64,000 nt of DNA from Craspedostauros australis. Lineage: Eukaryota. The DNA lies in assembly GCA_030167865.1 (NCBI GenBank), contig JALAGF010004003.1, forward strand, positions 1-64,000, in the 5' to 3' direction. Below, piece by piece: positions 23,703-35,868 of the stretch. A model generated the notes under the pieces. It did no database searches. It was not told the origin of the DNA and worked only from the letters and a program-made list of their open reading frames with translations. Position 1 is the stretch's first letter. The number at the start of each line of letters is the position of its first letter. Made by a program: the position numbers and the translations under genes.

Positions 23703-24816
23703 GGTGATGGATTGGACAGGAACTACGGAGGAGTGGACTTGTTGTGGGTTTGTGAATTGTGCGTGGCTTCAACTTGCGTTGTGTTGCGATTGCCGCAACA
23801 GCCACAGCTGCTACAGCGATGGCGACACGAGCGATCCGTGGCCGCGCAAAGGAAAGGAAGAGAGAGAGAGACAACCAAACACAGAAACAAAGAAACAAAC
23901 AAGAGCAGACAGGACACAGACGATCCAAAGGATCGGCACCTTCCCACGCTATTTCTTGCTGCTTCGACTGCAACAGCAACTGCGACACCACCAATCTTTC
24001 GTGGTAGTCGAACTCACACGCAGAGAGAGGGGACAACACACACAGGAACGCCGATCCTGACATCAACTGCCGCAACAAGGGCGACTGCACCACCCCATCA
24101 AATCCACCACAAACGGCAACGATCGACAGACGGCGTTTTTGCTTGGCTCCGGTCGTTGGTTTCCGCTTGAAGGGAAATCTTTGGTACGGTTAAACCCTCC
24201 GTACCTTTGTACGTTGGCTGGGAAGCAAGTGTCACGAAATACGATTCCTTCGACCCAACATATATGCACGCTGATTGGACGAGGACGTTGAATATGAATC
24301 ACTCCGCATCAATGACAGCTAATTTCGTCGATCGCGATCCTTTTGGAGCAACCCATCTTCATCCTCAACCTCTCGTGCTGGCAGTTGCGGTTGATGTTGG
24401 TTTTGTGTTTGGGTATCTTGTATCTTGTCGTGTTGTGTCGCGTTGTGTGTCGCATTTATGTGCCTTCTTGGCTTTCACCGGATACTTCTGGTGTCTTTCC
24501 TGATGTCTTGTTTTGGGTGTGATGTGTGTGCGTGCGGAGTCTCCTCGTCTCTCTCCCTCTGTTGTGTGTGTGTTGGGTCGACCACCTTGAGTTGGCGTTG
24601 CATTGTGGATCGCAGTTGATGACAGCGCTCTGTGTGTGTGTGCGGTTGACACGGCTGTTGGTTCTGCCTCCTTTGTGCTGTGTCTTTTGCGTTCTGTCAA
24701 CACCACCAACGGCACCGCCAGCAGCAATGAAACGTCTGACGTGAAGGCCCTCCGCCCACACACCACGTCAAGTTATAAAACTTTCCGCAGAAACAAACTC
24801 CACACCAACGTCCACC

Positions 24817-25873
24817 ATGAAGTTCGCCGCCACCGTCTCCGCCCTCCTCATCGCCTCTGCCGCTGCCTTCTCCCCGGCTGCCCCAGAGGTGTGTTCCTAA
24901 ATCGTTCTGCCGCCACGGATTGGCAAATGGACAGTTTGATTGATCGATTGATTGATGAATCCATCTTTCTTGGTCTTCGCTTGTGCTTTGATGCCACTGC
25001 GAAACGTCACATGCTGATGGAGGCCTTCTCAAGAACACGATGGTTGTCATGGATCATCATTGGCGACCCTATTGATGCATTCCAGTCCTTGTCGATTTTG
25101 GTGTCAAGAGCACGGCGAGAAAGGGCCGTAAGGAATCGATGGGCGTCAATCAGTTATCATGCCATGTCCACCATGAGACGATGAGAGCAGCAGCAGACAG
25201 ACAAACACGAATGCGCGCCACCGCCCTTTCTTGCCCACATGCCGATGGTGATGCTCTCCATTCCTCGAAATGACCATCTCACCCGAACCCTCCTCTTTCC
25301 TTCCTTCCTTGCTTCTCTTCTGTGCCATTTGCACTCAAACGCATGTGCCAACGCAAATCACAACTGCAACCATCCGATTACTCGTGCTTCACACTCCAGC
25401 GCGCCAGCACCGCCCTGAACATGGACCGCCGTGCCGCCATGGGTGCCATCGGAGCCGCCGCCCTCGTCGGTGTCCCAGCCATGGCCTCTGCCGATGGTGC
25501 CATCTCCACCGCCTCCATCCAGCGCGCCAAGTTCACCTACGGAAGCCGAATTGCCGCCCTCAAGAGCGCCGTCGCTGCCGGAGACTTCGCCGCTGTCGCC
25601 GCCGAGAAGAACGCCTTCATCCTCTTCAACTCCGGTGTCTACCCAGCCGTCAAGGACAAGTCCTCCAAGGCCAGCGCCATCGCCGGAACCAACGCCATCT
25701 TCGCCGCCATCCGATCCAAGGACTCCGGTGCCCTCAAGTCCGCCTACGATTCCTACATCGCCGCCAACGACATCAGAGAGCCAGAAGAGCTCGATGCTGC
25801 TGAGGGTCAGGGATACTGCGGTGACTTCGATTACCGTGTCCGCACCAAGCAGGCCGCCATCTACGTCCGATAA
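24817..25873 (+). CDS. psb31: Photosystem II extrinsic lumenal protein Psb31; exons 24817-24888, 25400-25873
   Basis: MKFAA..ASAAA-FSP signal, DRRAAMG...AMASA lumen peptide. Mature DGAIS...YGSRIAALK...EKNAFILFNSG.YP...GQGY..DFDYR.RT...IYVR is recognised as diatom Psb31. The intron joins in frame. Confidence 0.93.
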
Positions 25874-26682
25874 GTCGCTTGGATGGGTCTGATTATCTCA
25901 GAGACCCAGCCAACCAAGTTTCCACCCGATGCCGTGATCGATGGATGCATGGCGGATTCTTCGTTCGCTCATTCATTCATTTGATCCAACCCACCACCAC
26001 CACATCGGCTATTGTGTTTCCAGTCCCTTCTCTCCTTTTCACCCAAAACACTTTGGACGAGGAAGCGGGGATGGAAACAACGTGTTCCCTCTTGGAACGA
26101 GCACGATGGCACAGCCTGCTGCTTCCGCACAGCTCTGTGTCTTTGGTCGTTCGAATGGGACGATGATGAAAACCAACCAACCCAACAATGCCTGACTGTT
26201 GTTTTCGTAGAGCACAAAGGAGCGCGATGGTCAGCCAGGTTGGAGGATGGTATAATACCATACTTGTACCAAAAAATGCACACAGAAGTATAATAAGCCA
26301 ACCGACTTTCATCATCAAACACAACGAAGAGTACAACAGAGTACTAGAGTCCTGCACTGTTCCCTTGTTCAGTCTGTGTGTGGTGCTCGATGGCTGGTGA
26401 CGCCGATGAACCATGTCTCCATCGTGGTAAGTGTGCACTAAGATTCATCCCAACATCAGAACTAACTTCTGGGGACATTTGTGACAAGGGCATCTCATCA
26501 CGCAGCTACTGCCATAGTACCACCAACATGATAAATACAACATTCTTCTCTACCCGTACGGAGAGTTATCGTTATCCTCATTCGCTATTGTACAGTGTCC
26601 TCGTTCTCTCTCGGGGGTAAAGTTGAGGAAGCTCTGGTTCTTCTGACACAAAACATCAATCAAGGAAGGCCACGGAGACGTC

Positions 26683-28560
26683 CTACTTCTTCTGCTGGTT
26701 CTTCTTGTTCTTGTTCTTCCTGCGCTTGCGGAACAGGAACTTGCTGATCTTGGCAAGGAGGGGTCGCTTGTACTTCTTCTTGCCCTTCGCTGCGCCCGGC
26801 GTCGTGCCTGCAGCTGCTGCGCCACCTTCCACCCGGTTGTCTGCGAGCATGGCATTGGCAACTTCCTCGTTCGGGATGACGACGGCTTCATCGTCCTTAC
26901 CACCGGTGGTGCTTCGGGATTGGGCCACTGCGAGTGCTGCCGCATCCGTCCCGCTGACGTCGCTCTTGGTGGGGTCCTTCATGAGATCCTCTTCCTGGGT
27001 CATCGCGGCGCGCAGTTCGGCCGTGGTCATGCTCATGATGGACTCCTCCTCGGCGTACGAGATCAGCATCTCCTTGTAGCTGCGGGTACGATCGGCGACG
27101 AAGGACACGGCGCGCATCACGGCGTCCTGCTCCTCGAGCTCATCCAGCTTGCGTCCCATCTCGATGCCGGTCTCGATGGTCTTCTGACGGACGCTGTTGG
27201 CCTTGAACAGCATGACGACTCCCGCGATGAACAGGATGCTGGAGAGGATGGACATGTGGAATGGGATGCGGCGTTGGCTGGTCTTGGCTTTGTTGTAGAC
27301 GCGCTTGGAACGTGCGGCGGTCTTGCCATTGGGGTTGGGGCATCGGTCCGGGTATTCCGCGTAACTGCAGGCAGACGAAGCGGACAGCAGTTCCATGGCG
27401 TACGCGTCTTCGTCGTCACCATTTTCGTTGCTGTTGTTGTCGTCGTTTCCGCCCGCATTTTCGTTGGCGCCGCCATTGACGTCGTAAATCTTGTAGCAAC
27501 CCATGGCACTGAGCTCGGTGTTGAAGTCATCGAGACTGTCGCTGACTCCTTGGAAGCGATGGCCGTTGCAGGTTTCGCCGCCAAATGTGGCCATCACGAA
27601 TTCACCATCTGCGGAACAGCCCAAGCCGAGGCTCTGCGCGTTGACGCCGATCACCTGGTTGTGCAAGTAGTCGTCGTACCCATTTCCGTTGTAGTTATTG
27701 TTGTTGTTGTTTCCATTGTTGTTGTTGTTGTTGCCCTCCTGGACGACTTGACAAATTCCGTCGATACCGTAGTCAGCCGTGTCCACGCCAAACAAACCCG
27801 TGAATGTGTCCACACCGGATGTTGTGAGGAATGAGTTGATGTAGTGTCTCTTGTCGCACCCGCTGCTGCTGCCGCCGCCAAATCGCGATGACGATGATGA
27901 AGATGACTGCGACGCCTTCACTCCGTACAGCGAATACCCAACGTTGGCACGGAAGCATTGGGTCTTGCCGCTGAACCATTGAGCTTCGTAGTCGCCGCAG
28001 TTGGCATCGTCGCCGTCGCCATTGTTGTCTCCATCTCCTCCGTTGTTTCCGTTTGAGTACTCAGACCAGCTGCAGGTCCGGGAAGCCAAGCCAAGCGATG
28101 CGGAAGGTTGTGAACGTTCGTGGTATTGGATGAAGTTGTAGTTGAGAGAATGCACAGAGTGCGACGGAATAATTGGTGAGTGGGGAATTGCATTGCATTG
28201 CATTGCATTGCATTGCATCATATTCTGTTGTATCGCTTCGTCTCATACTGTATCCGTTCAGGATACGATAGCATCTTGCATGATCCATCGCGCCACGAAA
28301 GGCATGCAATGCACAAGATCAAAAATGCCCCATTCTTCTATTCCAATCGAGTGGACTTACACGCATCCATGATACTGAATGTACAGCGAGGTGAACTCGC
28401 CATCCTCAATGCCTTGCTTGACATTGGCGGCCTCCTTGAAGTACATCTCATCTGCGTTCACGTTGGGATTACTCCATCCCGAGTAGTACGATCCATCTTG
28501 CGTTGCCATTGCCGCGGACGGCATCAGCAAGGCCAGGACGGCATTTCTCATGAAGTTCAT
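26683..28560 (-). CDS. Cys-rich, N/G/D-rich type I membrane protein (silicanin-like architecture, ~528 aa); exons 28361-28560, 26683-28069
   Basis: Signal peptide, MYFKEAANV..LYIQYHGCV|WSEY across a phase-2 GTAAGT...CTGCAG intron, FRANVGYSLYG, YINSFLTT, poly-N inserts, TM ILSSILFIAGVVMLF and a basic C-terminal tail. Confidence 0.8.
28187..28218. repeat. (CATTG)n pentanucleotide microsatellite in intron
   Basis: About 6 tandem ATTGC units seen directly. Confidence 0.9.
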
Positions 28561-29467
28561 TGTCAATCCGTTTGGTGTTTCCTTTGAGCTCTGTGCTCTT
28601 TGCTCTTTGCTCAATGGTCTTGGACGTCTCTCCTTTCGTTTGTTCTTGTTCTGTCTTCGTCGTCGTCGTTGTCTTCAAATGAGCAGCGGCGATACTCGAA
28701 GCCAGTCAACTCTTATGTTTCGCTCCGCAAGTTCGGGACAGAGGAATGTGCCGCGCTATTGGAAATGATGTTGGCGATGATGTTGGGAATGGCAGTGTCG
28801 ATGTGTCTGCGTGCGCGTCTGCGTCGAAATGTTTATCCAATGCTTGTGTCGTTCAGTTTGCTGTTCGCGATTTGCTCGCTTTGCCTGTCTTTGTTGGTTG
28901 CGGCCAACGCAAAATGTGGCGGAATCTTGCAGAATCGAGCCGTTAAACAAATGATGGGAGTGTTTCGCGATGCACATGGCGTGCTTTCATGGGTATTGGC
29001 GAAACTGAGCGAGAAAACTTAAATATTCATGTATTCATGGATTAATAAATAAATATTCTATTTTATCCGCAAATGCATGTGTATCACTCGCCTCACTAAT
29101 CTCGCAGAAGACTGGACGAGGAGGAATCACACGAAACTCGTGCGAAGCAGAAAAGCGATGATGGAAGGAGCACAGTTGCGCCGAAACCAAAACAGAGAGT
29201 GTCTCACCTCATCGTCATCATCGACAGAAGCATCAACTGCATCAAGTGACACCTGTATCATCCTCACAACTAACTGTATTCTGAAGACACCCATTTACTC
29301 TGCTGTCGTACATTCTTCGCTCCAACTTACTCCACTCAGACTTCCAGCGCATCTGCAAACACAGCCAACACAACAACGTCCTCGACTCTGGAAGAGAATA
29401 ATTCCACTGAAGAGAAAGATCCAGCAACAGCAACATCACCAGCAATAGCATCAGCATCAGCATCAAC

Positions 29468-31428
29468 ATGAAGCTCACAGCCGCAGCCGTACTGCTGCCA
29501 TTCGTGGCGGCCGCTGACATGACGGTCGAAATGGAAGGCATGCTGCAGAAGGGCGACCTGCCACAAACCGGAAAGGACTGGGTGACGCTGGATAACGGCG
29601 TCGAATTTCTGCCCGGATCGGACGCAGACACACGAGTCGCCAACGTCCGCAAGCTGTGGAGCGGCAACCAGGTTGGAGCGTCGTCACCGTACGATTCCAT
29701 CTTTGCGGACGGATCCGAGACGTACTACGACGAATACGCACAGGCGTGGAGAGTGCTGGGCTGGTACATCGATTGTGATTTTTGCAACGGAGACAACGGT
29801 GACGGCAACGACTTCTGCCAAGGTGACAGGAATCGTCGTTTGGAGAATGGCGATGGTGACGAGGATGCGGCACCAACCGGCTGTCCTCGATTCCTCCTTT
29901 GGGCGGCTGTAAGTGCATCGAAGTCGTCGTGGCTCCATTCATTCCTGTTCGACGAGTGTGGAGATTGTGACGAAGCGTTGGCAGACAGGACTGGTGCAGA
30001 TGTTGCTCGTCTCTGAAATCCAGGGAAGCGTCGTCAACGCTATCTCCATTTTGTGCACCATGCCATCTTTGTGCTTAAACCAACAAACCCACTCACTCGC
30101 CCAACTAATCCACTGCTTGACATGTATCGCACTACTCCACACATATCAACAACGGCACCTACAGTACGTCGATGTTGACTACGAAGGAAACGGCGGCAAT
30201 GAATACTCGCACTTCAACCGCAACACAGGACGCTGGAACAGAAGAAACTGCAAGAGCGGCGCGAGATGTGTCAAGATGGATTGCCACATGCCTGACACCA
30301 ACTTCAAGCTGATCGGATTCTTCAAGGAGCCACGGTACGACGAATGGATGGAGCAGCTCATCAACTACCAGGGTGACTGCATGTGGAACGACAGCGAGTA
30401 CAAGCTCATGCACAACATCAGCCCCATGGGGCTCGTGAACACCTGCACCAAGACCACGTCGAGGGACGAGTACTCCGGGAGGTACCTCTACTACAATCTC
30501 CAACCAAATGAGCACGCCACCGTCACCATCGGCCTTTACACTGAAGACACGTGCACGGAGGTGTACAAGGGATCAACCGCTGCGTCAACCGTCCTCACCA
30601 AGCTGATATCCAAATACCAAGACGACAACGCAAATGGCGACGACGGTAACGGTGACGGTTCCGCGGATGAAGAGGTGCAGATCCATTCGTACGCGCTGGA
30701 TCTCGTGGAGAGCATCAACTCGTGGAACAGTGCATTCGCTGCCTTCCGAACCTGCCAACCGTGCAAGGCCTACGACCTCACCAAGAGCGTCGCCTTCACC
30801 CCACGTGGCGACAAGACTCTCAATGCCAACGGAGATCGTTACCCCGTCGAATACGTCTGCGACGACGACAGCGGCGAATGTGAAGCGGTCGTTGATGAAG
30901 ACACCTTCATTTGCTCGGACGAATACAACCAGATCAACCAGGTGAGTCTATCTTTCGTACAATCGAGAATTGTGCAAGAACTGAACCCATCCATCAACAT
31001 TTGATGCACTGCGTCCAATGAAACCTCACAGTCCCATCTATCTATTTATTCATTCGCCTCCTTCGTATCAACCAATTCTCAACATGTCATCAATATTCCA
31101 CCAACGTAACAAACAACAAAAAAACGACGACGAACAGTGTGGTATGTTCCGTGATAACACAGACCTCATGACCGGAAGCTTCAAGGATGTGGAGCTGGCG
31201 GGACAGCAAGGCAGCATCACGAGCTTCTCGCTTCATGGCTTCACATACGGACAGACTGAAAAGATGAGGGCCACACGTCAAACTCGCGCCGTCTTCGCCT
31301 GGATGTACCTGTTCGCCTCGGCGGCTCTCTTCGGATACGCAGGCGCCGGCTTGATCAAGGCACGCCGGCGGGCACACGAGCAGCAACTTGCTCAGCCACT
31401 GATGGCATCTGACGGCGAAGTCGCTTAG
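29468..31428 (+). CDS. Cys-rich acidic type I membrane protein (silicanin-like architecture, ~502 aa); exons 29468-29908, 30165-30941, 31138-31428
   Basis: Signal peptide, RKL/RRL motifs, YAQAWRVLGWYIDC, RFLLWAA|YVD, CVKMDCH, WMEQL, CQPCKAYDL, NQ|CGMF and a C-terminal TM. Both GT-AG introns join in frame. Confidence 0.82.
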
Positions 31429-32026
31429 AGTCAAGCACGATCTATCCACAACAACAGCAACAACAACAACAACAACAATGCCTCGAGAGCACAAGAGGAG
31501 AGCAGCGTTCAGTTTGTGATATGATTCAGCTCAATGTAGAAGATGAGAAAAAGAGACAAAGACACTTCTGTATAGTATGGTTTTAAGAATGAAGTATGAT
31601 ATTATACTATTAACTTTTCATAGAGGTCTCCTTTGCTTTGACAATCGTATGCGCTCTTCTTCGGAGAGACATGTGGGTATCGATCACGCGAGCACGAATA
31701 GCGATCGGTTTCTGTGGCTAGCACCGACACTGAGAATAGGTAGAGTGCTCCACGGATACTTCCGTCGATTCCACTTCAGTCGTATTCCACGTGGAACTTT
31801 GTGAGACCAACGACCATGTTGTGACACTTGTTGTCAATTTTTTCGTTTCGCCATCCGCAACAAAACCCAGATGCGCCAACCAACATGGAACAGCCACAGA
31901 CACTGTTCATGTTCGTGCTTGTGCATCGTCAGGATCACAGCTTCGGACAGGAGGATCGCCATCACCATCATTGCCAACATCGCTACCACAGCTATCGCCA
32001 ACGCCGCCATCATCAACAACAGTGCC

Positions 32027-33793
32027 ATGATATCACGGCACATCGTCTTCGTTGCTGCGGGCGTGTCAGTCGCGTTGCTCATCACGAGTACACCATCTGC
32101 CGCCTTTTGTGCACAATGGAAGTCCACACGTGATTGTCGGGGATTGGCACGGTGGGGACAACCGCACCAGGGCAACTGCGCTCCAGCTTCAACCCTGCTG
32201 CTGGCATCGTCTTCATCTCCATCATCATCATCATCATCGGCGAGCGCGAAATCAAGCGTGCAACCGAAGTCAACAGCAAAGCCAAGAACAACACAAACAA
32301 AAACAGAGAGAAGGACACCAGCGGCATCAACTGGAAACAAAGATACATCGACAAGTGCTGCTCCAATACGAAGAAAACCAAACATGCATTTGCGCAATGT
32401 GATGCACACTATTCGATCCCATTTCGAGGATACGAACAACCGTGGTGTCTCGTCCACCAAAGCCTGGGCAAGAACAAGAAAATACCTGTACGCCACAGCG
32501 GATCCCGTATCCCTCAAGCAAGTGCAAGAAGTCCTTGACTTCCTTTCATCCATCTGTCCTGCATCGACCGCAAAGAAAGTCGTTCAGGTAGCAGCCCCAG
32601 TTCTAACAAAGGATGTGTCCAAGTTCCTTGCACCAGCATCGGAGCATTTCATCAATGTATTAGGAAATGAGGCATTCCAGAAAGAGATCGATGACGATCC
32701 TCAGTGCTGGCTGTCGAATGTGAAATCCTACCACTCCGAGGTGGCCTGGAACAAACTGGTGAGACATCTCTGCGATGACTGGGGCATATCTTCGAGAGCC
32801 ATCAACAAGCTCAAAGCTTCGAGGGTGGCCATATCAACCGAATCGACAGCTAGAATCAACGCATCTATGACCTACTTGGATTCAGTGATGGATACAGAAT
32901 GGTTGGAGAAACGAAAGAAGACGACATCCACTATCGCCGAACAGATGATCATTCATTGGCCAACTACAATCTTGTTGGACACCAATACAGCGTTGAAGCC
33001 ACGCGCTGAGTATCTGATGCGAAGACTGAACATGACTGAAACAGATTTCACGGCGTTCATGAACCGAGGTGGTGGAGTCACATTGACTTATTCGTCGGAA
33101 GACAAGATCAGACCAATGTTGGAATACCTGCAAACCATGTTGAATCAGCAGGAACTGAAGAACTGTGTGATGAAGATGCCACATATACTGAATTTGGCGA
33201 TAGAGACTTTGCAATCCAGGGTTGAGTTCTTCGATGACATCGAACGACGCCACTTCGAACGTTGGTCTTCTCACACGCCGAACGTACAACAAGGAGTGGA
33301 AGAGCGATCGCTAGCAGTGCGCACACTCACCATTGCACCAGGTGTCTTTGGCCTCGACTTCTCAACAAATGTTCAAGCCAAAATCGATTTCATCAGCAAA
33401 GTGTGGGGTGAAGCCTCATTGGTTCGGAACTTGCGCCAGTTTCCCATGCTTATCACGACGAGTGTAGAAAGCAACCTCAAACCTACGCTCGACTTTTACA
33501 ACCGAACTGGCTACGTGCTCCTGTCGGACGATTGGGAAATATGCCAACAAGAGACGGCACTGTCGGTTGCGTATGTGGCTACATCGCTGAAAAGTCGATT
33601 ATTGCCACGATGGTACTTCGTTCGATCGCAGAACCCTTCGTATCGCCCATCACTGAGTTCCATTTGCAAGAACACAGATGCTGACTTTTGTAAGCACGCA
33701 GGTCTTGATCTGGAGCAGTATTTGGAGTTCAAGAAGGAGCATGGGCCAGACCTTGAACTCCCAGATCCGTCAGATCTTCAACTCGACGAGTAG
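32027..33793 (+). CDS. mTERF-repeat protein, probably plastid-targeted
   Basis: Signal with SAA-F. Repeated mTERF-like units LKPRAEYL, KIRPMLEYL, MPHILNL, NLKPTLDFY, SLKSRLLPRW. Confidence 0.8.
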   Translation: MISRHIVFVAAGVSVALLITSTPSAAFCAQWKSTRDCRGLARWGQPHQGNCAPASTLLLASSSSPSSSSSSASAKSSVQPKSTAKPRTTQTKTERRTPAASTGNKDTSTSAAPIRRKPNMHLRNVMHTIRSHFEDTNNRGVSSTKAWARTRKYLYATADPVSLKQVQEVLDFLSSICPASTAKKVVQVAAPVLTKDVSKFLAPASEHFINVLGNEAFQKEIDDDPQCWLSNVKSYHSEVAWNKLVRHLCDDWGISSRAINKLKASRVAISTESTARINASMTYLDSVMDTEWLEKRKKTTSTIAEQMIIHWPTTILLDTNTALKPRAEYLMRRLNMTETDFTAFMNRGGGVTLTYSSEDKIRPMLEYLQTMLNQQELKNCVMKMPHILNLAIETLQSRVEFFDDIERRHFERWSSHTPNVQQGVEERSLAVRTLTIAPGVFGLDFSTNVQAKIDFISKVWGEASLVRNLRQFPMLITTSVESNLKPTLDFYNRTGYVLLSDDWEICQQETALSVAYVATSLKSRLLPRWYFVRSQNPSYRPSLSSICKNTDADFCKHAGLDLEQYLEFKKEHGPDLELPDPSDLQLDE

Positions 33794-35114
33794 AAAGAGC
33801 ATTCACTGCGATATCTCCCCCTACCAATATGAAGGCTATATCTCATAATGTAACGCCATTCGACGAGTGCGAGTACGAGAATGACAACCATCCGAGTGCT
33901 GTGCTGCATGAGGAGACTGCAGAGTGCACCGCTTCGTCCAACGTTTCGTCACTCTCTGACTATCAGATGCGCACTCTATTGTTTATTACTACGTGCTACT
34001 TCGCCGTAGAGAGCAACGGTGCTCATACGTACGAGTACATGGTATGGTATGTACTTGTATGGTACCACACATATGTATCATTGCCCCCATTGTCAAACAT
34101 GTACAAGTAACTACGGAAGACGTATTGGCCCGTTGTTGCGTGCCCTGGTCGGAGCTCTTGTTGTTTATTTGTGAGTGTTGTCCGAAGACAACCTCCGACC
34201 AGTATTTGACTAGTACGATTAGTAAAGAAGTATAATATAATAGAATATGAAATATAACATGTTGGAATACAAGTACTCAAACTTTGAAAGGAGTTCGAGC
34301 ACAGAAACAGATTGAATATTGTACCAACCAAAACGTGCATCACGTCATATCCTTGGCTTGGTTGATCTTCGTTGAACAGTGGCAAGGTCGACTGTGAGGA
34401 AGGCAGATTTTGGCACGGGTACACGTAGCGCCGGAAGATCTTCCACAACCTGGAGCCGCAGCCATCGGCCCGCAGCCTCGAGCCAAACGGAAGCCGCCGA
34501 CGGCCGCAGCATCGACGTCGTTTGCGACAGGCAAGAAGTACAAGTACGAGTACGAGTGCATTATCAGATAATAACTATTATATTATATTATACGCGTACG
34601 TACCTTTGGTGATGCAGCGAGATGGTGCAGGAGATTGAGAAATTGCGGCCAAGTGAGAATCGCGCGGAAGGGAGGGGTGGGCTCTGAGATGTTGAAAACT
34701 ACCGACAAACTGACGATAAGAGGCAACAATAGAACAGGACCAACCTTTTCACGAATTAGAAACTCAGATGACACTATTTTGGCACAATGAGGACACCAAG
34801 TTGCATCTTCGTCATCATTTCAGCGACTTCTACTTCGCCATCTCTCCAAATGCCTGCTTTTAGTCTTGTTTAGGATCACGACTTGAATTAGCGATCACTT
34901 TTGAATCGTGACCTTGGTTTTGCGAAATTGGAAACTGTCAAAATCACAGTTTTGTTGGAGGGAGGTGGATCACAACTCTCCTCACAAAATCGATCTTCTC
35001 CACAACTCGAGCAACGACATTCACACAAACATTCGCAACAAATCCATCACCAATCAAATCACAAACATCTCATCAAGATCCCCCATCATACTCAACATCA
35101 CTTCACCAGCAACC

Positions 35115-35405
35115 ATGAACACTCAACCAACCTTCGCCTCTGCCTACGCTTCGACCATGTCCGAGCACTGCGCACATGCTGCTTCCGTCAGCGAGGCCAT
35201 CCCGAAGAGGCAGAGACTGAACTCTGACGAATCCTTCGAAAGACCGACCAAGAGAAACCGATCGGCGGCAGGAGCCAATGTCGCAGGGTTCTTGGCGCAA
35301 CAACAAGCCTTCGTGTATCCGTCCACAATGAGTACGACCACCACATCACCGCCTTCAGCTGCAGCAACCACACCATTCGCGTGGGCAAACACGCAGGCAA
35401 GCTGA
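35115..35405 (+). CDS. Small protein (96 aa) with PKR.R.NS...R..KRNR motif
   Basis: ATG follows an A/C-rich leader (cagcaaccATG). The motif is shared with the ORF at 38301-38540. Confidence 0.5.
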   Translation: MNTQPTFASAYASTMSEHCAHAASVSEAIPKRQRLNSDESFERPTKRNRSAAGANVAGFLAQQQAFVYPSTMSTTTTSPPSAAATTPFAWANTQAS

Positions 35406-35868
35406 GCAACGGCATGGAAACGCTGAACCCTTGACAGTAAATCATCGACGATGACAACCGATCATGGTGCAAGCACCTCATCACTTCCAGCAAGTGCAGT
35501 CAATCAAAGCGCATGAACCACATTATACATACCCACAGATCCCGTCAAAAAGAAAAGCAGAGGCATTCCCACCGCTATTTGCCATGAACATCCACTTACT
35601 CATTCATAATGCGATGATACAATTATTATATATTGTGACAACAACCAACGGAGAACCCAATGATGAATACACACTAATAGAATATCATATCAATACGACG
35701 CAATCGCACCTACATACTCCACTCTTACAAGTAGCTACAGTTGTTGTCATCTCCAACGAGGCCAATCCATCGTTCCTCTGGTTCGGATTGTTGTGTGTTG
35801 GTTTTGTGATTGGATAATCAATCCAGTTAGTCAAACATCACTAAAATCGTCGTTTTGACCACAACAAG

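Noticed and set aside
34340-34612. GC-rich patch with short ORFs between mTERF and the micro-ORF
   Set aside because: No coherent reading frame, motif or splice structure that I can support.
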